Shown: positions 18,359-24,996 of the stretch, piece after piece | Layout: every line of letters starts with the position of its first letter | Numbering within the stretch: position 1 is the stretch's first letter | Source: an uncultured Bacilli bacterium | Lineage (GTDB): Bacteria > Bacillota_I > Bacilli_A > RFN20 > CAG-826 | DNA length: 64,000 nt | Assembly: GCA_944358985.1 (NCBI GenBank) | Contig: CALVSI010000001.1 | Coordinates: 13,846-77,845, forward strand | Direction: 5' to 3' | The notes under the pieces: generated by a model | Database searches by the model: none | Told to the model about the DNA's origin: nothing | The model's input: the letters and a program-made list of their open reading frames with translations, nothing else | Made by a program: the position numbers and the translations under genes

Positions 18359-20068
18359 ATGATTAATTTTCTTGAATTTAAACCCGCTAAGTGCAAGGAC
18401 TGCTATAAATGTTTGAAACATTGTCCTGTCGGAGCTATTGAAGTTATTAACCATCAAGCCCAAATCATTTCTCAACGCTGTATTTTGTGCGGAACATGCA
18501 CATTAGTTTGTCCACAAAATGCCAAAAAAGTTCATAATTCAATTGATGAAGTGCTGGAATTACTTAATGGTCAAGAAGTCATAGCTAGTGTTGCACCAAG
18601 TTTTGCTTCTAGTTTTAATATTGAAGATTTTTCGATAATGAATAATGCTTTAAAAGAAATCGGATTTACTAGCAGTGAAGAAACCGCAATTGGTGCATAC
18701 GCTGTTAGTCGAGAATATGAAAAAATGCTTGAAAGTGGTAAATTCAAAAATTTAATTTCATCTGCTTGTCCTGCTGTCAATAAAATGATACAGCTTTATT
18801 ATCACGATGCTTTAAAATATCTTGCTCCTTGTGATTCTCCAATGGTGGCCCACTATAAAATTATCAAAGCCAAACATCCAAACGCTAATGTTGTTTTTAT
18901 TGGACCATGTATTGCTAAGAAAAAAGAAGCATACGAAAATGGTTTGGATGGATCTTTGACTTTTGAAGAGTTAGATCAAATCTTTAAGTCTAAAAACATT
19001 ATGTTGAAAGATGAAAAAAGCAAGACTAATTCCACTGGATTTGTTAATAAAGCAAAATTTTATCCAATTTCTCGTGGTATAATCAAATCTTTTGATTATT
19101 TTGTCAAAGGTTATGAATATATTGCTAGTGATGGTAATGAAAATTGTCGCGAAGTTTTAGAAAACATTAAAGATGTTGAAGGTGTTTTTATTGAATTAAA
19201 TTCTTGTGAACATGCATGTATCAACGGACCTTGTTCATTAATTAAAAAAGGTAGTGCAGTAAAGGCTAATTGTTCTATACGTCGCTATGTTAATAAAGAT
19301 TTAAGAAATGGCGGTTCAGATAAACTTGATATTCCAGAAAACATCGATTTTTCACACACATATAGTCCAATTGATCCAATGGATAGAACACCAAGCGAAG
19401 AGGAAATTCGTCAAATATTAGCACGTACTGGTAAATTTAGCAAAGACGATGAACTCAATTGCGGTGCTTGTGGTTATGATACTTGTCGGAAAAAAGCTTG
19501 GGCGGTAGCAAATGGTTATGCTGATATTGAAATGTGTGTGCCATACATGAGAAAAAAAGCCGAATCAATGTCATATGAAATTATTCAAAATATGCCTAAC
19601 GGTATCATTGTTATTGATAGCAATTATAAAATTAAAGAAATTAATTCTAATGCTTCAAGCTTATTTTTAGTTTCACCAAATGAAGCAAAAAATATGTATG
19701 TTTATGAATTGATGGATTCAAGTGCATTTATAGATGCTTTGGAAAAAAAGAAAAATACTTATCATAAAAAAGTTAATTTACTTAAGACTCATTCTGTAGT
19801 AGAGATGACGGTGGTAGCGTTAAAAGAAGAAAATTCTGCTTTTGCAGTTTTAAAAGATATCACCGAAAAAGAAAAATCAAAAGAAGAATTTAATAAATTA
19901 AGATTAAATACAATAAATACAACAGATGAAGTAATAAAAAAGCAAATGCGTGTTGCCCAAGAAATAGCCTCAGTGTTAGGTGAAACGGTTGCTGAAACTA
20001 AGGTTGCTATTTTGAATTTGAAAAAAAGTTTAGAAAATGAAGACAAAAAAGAGGAAGGAAACGACTAA
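18359..20068 (+). CDS. hydS: sensory-type [FeFe] hydrogenase-like protein with PAS domain (HydS / HfsB-like, group C-like)
   Basis: Two CxxCxxCxxxCP ferredoxin motifs at the N-terminus. H-domain with altered cluster motifs (SSACP, GPCIAKKKE, ELNSCEHACING). An extra Cx2Cx4Cx16C motif (C368-C393). C-terminal PAS-like region and coiled coil. Confidence 0.8.
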   Translation: MINFLEFKPAKCKDCYKCLKHCPVGAIEVINHQAQIISQRCILCGTCTLVCPQNAKKVHNSIDEVLELLNGQEVIASVAPSFASSFNIEDFSIMNNALKEIGFTSSEETAIGAYAVSREYEKMLESGKFKNLISSACPAVNKMIQLYYHDALKYLAPCDSPMVAHYKIIKAKHPNANVVFIGPCIAKKKEAYENGLDGSLTFEELDQIFKSKNIMLKDEKSKTNSTGFVNKAKFYPISRGIIKSFDYFVKGYEYIASDGNENCREVLENIKDVEGVFIELNSCEHACINGPCSLIKKGSAVKANCSIRRYVNKDLRNGGSDKLDIPENIDFSHTYSPIDPMDRTPSEEEIRQILARTGKFSKDDELNCGACGYDTCRKKAWAVANGYADIEMCVPYMRKKAESMSYEIIQNMPNGIIVIDSNYKIKEINSNASSLFLVSPNEAKNMYVYELMDSSAFIDALEKKKNTYHKKVNLLKTHSVVEMTVVALKEENSAFAVLKDITEKEKSKEEFNKLRLNTINTTDEVIKKQMRVAQEIASVLGETVAETKVAILNLKKSLENEDKKEEGND

Positions 20069-21228
20069 TGTCTTTATTTGTTGACTTTGGATACACTTCT
20101 TTAAATCATTTTGGTGAAGAACTTTGTGGTGATAAAGTCGAATACGCTAAAAACGGGGATTATGTTACTCTTGTTTTGGCTGACGGATTAGGAAGTGGCG
20201 TTAAAGCTAATATTTTATCAACGCTGACATCAAAAATATTATGCACTATGGTTTCAAATAATGTTTCTATTAATGAATGTTTAGAAACAATGGTGGCTTC
20301 ATTACCGGTATGTAAAGAAAGAGGCTTAGCTTATTCTACATTTACCGTTATTCATTTAAACCATAGCGGCGATGGCTTTCTTTTTGAATTTGATAATCCA
20401 CAGGCGATTTATATTCATGATGGAAAATGTCTTGATTTAAATAGAAAAAAGCTTTTAATTTCTGGAAAAGAAGTTTATCAAAGTGAACTTAAATTAAAAG
20501 ATAATGATTATATTGTTACAATGTCGGATGGAGCGATACATGCTGGGATAGGTGCGACATTAAATTTTGGTTGGGAAAGAGAAGATATTAAAAAATACTT
20601 AGAATCTATTTATGATAGTAAGTTAAGTGCAAAAGCAATGGCAACCCAACTTGCAAAATCATGTAATGATTTATATTTAGATAAACCTGGTGATGACACG
20701 ACAATTGCCGCGATTAAAATTAGAAAATCTTTAAATGTTCATATTATGGTTGGACCACCTGTTGAAAAAGAAAAAGATGATTATTATGTTGCTAGATTTT
20801 TAGATGGTGCTGATAAAACAATCGTATGCGGAGGAACTTCTTCAACAATTGTTGCTAGATATTTGAAAAAACCAATTGAAGTTGATTTAAATTATTTAGA
20901 AGCTGACGTTCCACCCACAGGAAAAATTGAAGGTATAGATTTAGTAACTGAAGGAGTTTTAACTTTAAGAAGGTTACTAGAATTAAGCGAACAATATTTA
21001 TCTATTGTCGATTTGTCACCAAAAATATTTGTAAGACAAGATGGCGCGACACGTTTAGCGGATTTACTATTTGTTCAAGCTAGTGATGTGGTGTTTTTTG
21101 TCGGTCAATCTATCAATGCTGCCCATCAAGGTCTTCCCATTGATATTACTATGAAACTAAAATTAGTGGAATCTTTAGCAAATAACTTAAAAAAGATGGG
21201 AAAAAATGTTATTGTTAATTATGATTAA
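20068..21228 (+). CDS. PP2C/SpoIIE-family serine phosphatase with extra C-terminal domain (HfsC-like)
   Basis: Motifs EELCGDKVE, LVLADGLGSGVKA, TMSDGAIHAG and GDDTTIAAI. Its start overlaps the hydS stop (TAATG). The roughly 160-aa C-terminal domain is unassigned. Confidence 0.75.
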   Translation: MSLFVDFGYTSLNHFGEELCGDKVEYAKNGDYVTLVLADGLGSGVKANILSTLTSKILCTMVSNNVSINECLETMVASLPVCKERGLAYSTFTVIHLNHSGDGFLFEFDNPQAIYIHDGKCLDLNRKKLLISGKEVYQSELKLKDNDYIVTMSDGAIHAGIGATLNFGWEREDIKKYLESIYDSKLSAKAMATQLAKSCNDLYLDKPGDDTTIAAIKIRKSLNVHIMVGPPVEKEKDDYYVARFLDGADKTIVCGGTSSTIVARYLKKPIEVDLNYLEADVPPTGKIEGIDLVTEGVLTLRRLLELSEQYLSIVDLSPKIFVRQDGATRLADLLFVQASDVVFFVGQSINAAHQGLPIDITMKLKLVESLANNLKKMGKNVIVNYD

Positions 21229-21242
21229 TTAAGGAGTAATCT

Positions 21243-22688
21243 ATGAAAACTAAAAATTTCGATACCAAAGTACAAGATTTAAAATATCGTGTTTTAAAAG
21301 AAGTGGCACGTTTTGCATGGCAAGGAACTCTTTTAGATCATGTGATGGATATACCAAATATTATCGTTCCAGGCAAAAAACCAACAATGCGTTGCTGCAT
21401 ATATAAAGAAAAAGCTATTGCAGCTGAAAGAGTTAAACTAGCAATGGGAGGAAATCCAAATAATCCAAACGTTATAGAAGTAATTGATATTGCTTGTGAT
21501 GATTGTCCAACTGGTGGTTTTCATGTTACCGATGCTTGTCGTGGTTGTTTAGCGCATCGTTGTGAAGAAGCGTGTCGATTAAATGCAATTTATTTTGATG
21601 AAAATCGTCGTGCACATATTGATAAAAGCAAATGTGTCGAATGTGGAATGTGTGCTAAATCTTGTTTTTATAACGCTATTATTTCTTATAAAAGACCATG
21701 TGAAGCATCTTGTAAGATTAAAGCTATTACAATGAGCGAAGATAAGACAGCAAAAATCAACAATGAAGATTGTATTGCTTGTGGTGCTTGTTCCTATCAA
21801 TGCCCATTTGGTGCAATCATGGACAAATCATATATTATTAATGTTATTGATTTTATTAAAAATAGTCAAAATAATACAAAATATAAAGTTTATGCAATTG
21901 TTGCTCCTTCTATATCTAGTCAATTCCGCTACGCTAAACTTGGTCAAGTAATTGCAGGTTTGAAACAATTAGGTTTTTATAGTGTTGTAGAAGTGGCATT
22001 AGGTGCTGATATGGTCTCATATTTAGAAGGTCAAGAGTTAGCACAAAAAGGTTTTTTAACAAGTTCATGTTGTCCAGCTTTTGTTAGTTATATCGAAAAG
22101 AAATTTCCTAATTTAAAAGAACATGTTTCTCATAACTTATCTCCAATGGGAACTATTGCAAAATATATTAAAGAAACTGATCCAACCTGTAAAATTGTTT
22201 TTATTGGACCTTGCACTGCTAAAAAAATGGAAATAAAGCGTGATGAGGTTAAAGGATTAGTAGATGTAGCGATGACTTTTGAAGAATTACAAGCGCTTAT
22301 TGATTCTAAAGATATTGACTTAACAAAATTAGAAGAAGACGTTTTGGATAATGCTTCATATTATGGAAGAATATTTGCTCGTAGCGGTGGATTATCAGAT
22401 GCAGTTAAACAAGCAATCAAAGAACAAAATATTGATTTTGAAGTCAAACCAGAAATATGTAATGGAATTGAAGCGTGTCGTCTTGCTCTTCTTAAAAAGA
22501 CAAAAAATGCTTTGGACGCTAATTTCATTGAAGGCATGGCGTGCGTTGGCGGATGTATTGGCGGTGCTGGAAATATCACTCATGGAATTACAAATGCCGC
22601 GGAAGTTGACAAATATGGTCGTCTTGCTTTAGAAAAAACTATTACTAATGCTGTAAGCGTGTACAATTTAAACAAAAAAGACGAATAA
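21243..22688 (+). CDS. [FeFe] hydrogenase, catalytic-type H-cluster motifs, multi-FeS N-terminus (HfsD-like)
   Basis: H-cluster motifs L1 FLTSSCCPAF, L2 FIGPCTAKKME and L3 IEGMACVGGCIGGAG. At least two CxxCxxCxxxC(P) clusters plus further Cys-rich segments lie in the N-terminal 190 aa. Confidence 0.8.
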   Translation: MKTKNFDTKVQDLKYRVLKEVARFAWQGTLLDHVMDIPNIIVPGKKPTMRCCIYKEKAIAAERVKLAMGGNPNNPNVIEVIDIACDDCPTGGFHVTDACRGCLAHRCEEACRLNAIYFDENRRAHIDKSKCVECGMCAKSCFYNAIISYKRPCEASCKIKAITMSEDKTAKINNEDCIACGACSYQCPFGAIMDKSYIINVIDFIKNSQNNTKYKVYAIVAPSISSQFRYAKLGQVIAGLKQLGFYSVVEVALGADMVSYLEGQELAQKGFLTSSCCPAFVSYIEKKFPNLKEHVSHNLSPMGTIAKYIKETDPTCKIVFIGPCTAKKMEIKRDEVKGLVDVAMTFEELQALIDSKDIDLTKLEEDVLDNASYYGRIFARSGGLSDAVKQAIKEQNIDFEVKPEICNGIEACRLALLKKTKNALDANFIEGMACVGGCIGGAGNITHGITNAAEVDKYGRLALEKTITNAVSVYNLNKKDE

Positions 22689-22690
22689 TT

Positions 22691-23662
22691 ATGATTTATT
22701 TAATTTATGGTGTTCAAAATGTAATGATTAACAATCGAATTAAAAAGATTGTTAAAGAAAGATTACCTTTTACTGACGCCTTAAATTATGTTAATTTTGA
22801 TTTAGATAACGCGACATTAGAAGAAGCTTTAAATGAAGCTAGTTATTTACCGCTTGGTTACGATAATAAATTAGTGGTTATTAAAAATTGCTATTTTTTA
22901 AAATCACAGACTAGAGGTAAAAATAAAAACGATTCTACAAAAGATTCGGCATTACTGTACCGCTATTTAAAAAAAGATAATAGAGAATGCGATTTAATAT
23001 TAGTTTATCCAGATGTTGATTTAAATCTTAATAGCGATTTATTTAAATTGATTCAAGAAAAAGGAAAAATATTTAAATTAACAGTGGAGAAAAATGATTG
23101 GTATCCATATGTTTATCGTTATTTTACCGAAAGTTTGAAAATCAAAATCGATCGTGACGCTATTGAAGAATTAATAGTGCGTGTTAAAGGTGATTTGAAT
23201 ATTTTCGTTAATGAAGCTCAAAAACTTGCGTTATTGACAGATCACGTTCGTTACGAAGACGTTGTTAATATAGTTAGCCGTCCATTAGAAGATAATTTAT
23301 TTAATTTATTTAATTATTTGATGAACAATGATTCTACAAGTGCTTTAAAATTGCTTGATGATTTATATTTTGATGGTGTTGAACCGGTTAATTTAATTTC
23401 AATGCTTGCAAATCAATTTCGCGTGTTGTTAGAAATAATTTATTTGTGTACGAAAAAAATGAGTAACACCGAAATAGCAACCGAACTAAAAATTAATGAA
23501 GTTCGTGTGAAGATTTTAAAAAGGTATTTATATACAATGTCGCTTTCATCATTGATGAATACTTTAGATGAATTATATTGGATTGATTATAAAATAAAAA
23601 GCGGACAAGTTGACCGCTTTATCGCCTTTAAAATGTTTGTAATAAATTTTAAAACAAAATAA
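22691..23662 (+). CDS. holA: DNA polymerase III subunit delta
   Basis: 323 aa. Overall HolA-like pattern (IYLIYG...N..I, LVVIKNCYF). Sits in the conserved position next to a divergently terminated rpsT, as in Bacillus comEC-holA/rpsT. Confidence 0.8.
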   Translation: MIYLIYGVQNVMINNRIKKIVKERLPFTDALNYVNFDLDNATLEEALNEASYLPLGYDNKLVVIKNCYFLKSQTRGKNKNDSTKDSALLYRYLKKDNRECDLILVYPDVDLNLNSDLFKLIQEKGKIFKLTVEKNDWYPYVYRYFTESLKIKIDRDAIEELIVRVKGDLNIFVNEAQKLALLTDHVRYEDVVNIVSRPLEDNLFNLFNYLMNNDSTSALKLLDDLYFDGVEPVNLISMLANQFRVLLEIIYLCTKKMSNTEIATELKINEVRVKILKRYLYTMSLSSLMNTLDELYWIDYKIKSGQVDRFIAFKMFVINFKTK

Positions 23663-23670
23663 TTAAAGAA

Positions 23671-23934
23671 TTAACGAATGCTATTAACTAAATTTGCAAT
23701 TTCAGCTTTTTGTCTTGCAGCAGTGTTTTCGTGTTGAATTCCTTTAGAAACAGATTTGTCAATTAAGGAATATGCTTCCTTTGTTAAAGTTTCAGCAAGA
23801 GCAAGATCTTTTGCTTCAACCGCTTTTTTGACTTTTTTAATTGCTGTTCTTAATGCACTTTTTGCACTTGCATTGCGTTGACGAGCTTTTTCATTTGTTT
23901 TATTGCGTTTTTCTTGTGATTTAATATTTGCCAT
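23671..23934 (-). CDS. rpsT: 30S ribosomal protein S20
   Basis: 87 aa. MANIKSQEKR... is the canonical S20 N-terminus. AAGAGG SD lies 8 nt upstream on the minus strand. Confidence 0.95.
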   Translation of the reverse strand: MANIKSQEKRNKTNEKARQRNASAKSALRTAIKKVKKAVEAKDLALAETLTKEAYSLIDKSVSKGIQHENTAARQKAEIANLVNSIR

Positions 23935-23961
23935 AGTAAAACCTCTTTTATAACGATGTAT

Positions 23962-23990
23962 ATAATATCAAAAAAAGATTGTGCGTTCAA
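23962..23990 (-). promoter_or_regulatory. candidate rpsT promoter (minus strand)
   Basis: On the minus strand: TTGAAC (23990-23985), 17-nt spacer ending in TGA, and TATTAT (23967-23962), giving an extended -10 TGnTATTAT. Confidence 0.5.
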
Positions 23991-24047
23991 CATAAAATGT
24001 TGATATTTTAATATTTTCTACTTATTTTATTATTTTCAATTATAATA

Positions 24048-24992
24048 ATGAATATGGATAAAGAAAATATTCGAATTGTATTTATGGGAACTAGTGAAAT
24101 TTCTAGCTACGTCTTAGAAAAATTGATTAGTAATAAATTTAATATTGTTGGCGTTGTTTCTCAGCCAGATAAAGAAGTTGGAAGAAAAAAAATTATTACA
24201 CCGACACCATGTAAACTTATTGCTAATAAATATGGCATACCATGTTTTCAACCAATTAGAATCAAAAAAGAATTTGAATTTATTAAAGATTTAAATTGTG
24301 ACATTATTGTTACTTTTGCTTATGGTCAAATTATTCCGCAAGAATTGCTAGATATGCCAAGTATTGGTTCAATTAATTTGCATGGATCTATTTTGCCAAA
24401 ATATCGTGGTGCAGCCCCCGTTCAATGGGCTTTAATAAATGGTGAAATAAAAACTGGTGTCACGCTGATGGAAATGACCTATAAAATGGATGCAGGTCGT
24501 ATGTATGCTAAAAAATATGTCGATATTAGTGTCGAAGATAATGCTACAACTCTTTTTGAAAAAATCAAAAAATGTGCAAGTGATGTTATATTAGAATATT
24601 TGCCATTGTACGCTGATGGCAAATTAAAAGGGGAAGAACAAGATGAAGCCAAAGTCAGTTTTGCTAGGATGATTAAAAGTGAAGATGAAAAACTATCATT
24701 AGATTATAATTCTTCTACATTTGTTAATTGGATTAGAGGTTTAAGTGATGTTCCTGGTGGATATTTACTTTTAGATAATCAAAAATTAATTATTTATAAA
24801 GCTAAAATTTCTGATCAAAATTTTTCTGGAAAAATAGGTGAAATTGTAAACGCAGATAAAAATAGTTTAACAATCGCCTTAAAAGATGGATGTGTTGATA
24901 TTTTAGAGTTGAAATTGCAAGGCAAAAATCGATGCGATTACAAATCTTTTGTCAACGGCCATAAAAATTTAAAAGGTAAAATCTTATCATAA
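24048..24992 (+). CDS. fmt: methionyl-tRNA formyltransferase
   Basis: 314 aa. IVFMGTSE N-terminus, the SLNLHGSLLPKYRGAAP-type motif (SINLHGSILPKYRGAAPVQWA), and a C-terminal tRNA-binding domain. The start could also be ATG 24054. Confidence 0.9.
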   Translation: MNMDKENIRIVFMGTSEISSYVLEKLISNKFNIVGVVSQPDKEVGRKKIITPTPCKLIANKYGIPCFQPIRIKKEFEFIKDLNCDIIVTFAYGQIIPQELLDMPSIGSINLHGSILPKYRGAAPVQWALINGEIKTGVTLMEMTYKMDAGRMYAKKYVDISVEDNATTLFEKIKKCASDVILEYLPLYADGKLKGEEQDEAKVSFARMIKSEDEKLSLDYNSSTFVNWIRGLSDVPGGYLLLDNQKLIIYKAKISDQNFSGKIGEIVNADKNSLTIALKDGCVDILELKLQGKNRCDYKSFVNGHKNLKGKILS

Positions 24993-24996
24993 TATT

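Noticed and set aside
23985-24004. Inverted repeat TCAACAT-AAA-ATGTTGA between the divergent rpsT and fmt genes.
   Set aside because: It overlaps the candidate rpsT -35, is AT-rich and short, has no adjacent U-run and matches no known operator. Its significance cannot be determined.
24030-24056. fmt has no recognisable SD, and a TATAAT (24041-24046) lies just upstream of ATG 24048/24054, which suggests a leaderless mRNA.
   Set aside because: The -35 region is poor, and TATAAT-like hexamers are frequent in this composition. This cannot be supported without transcription start mapping.
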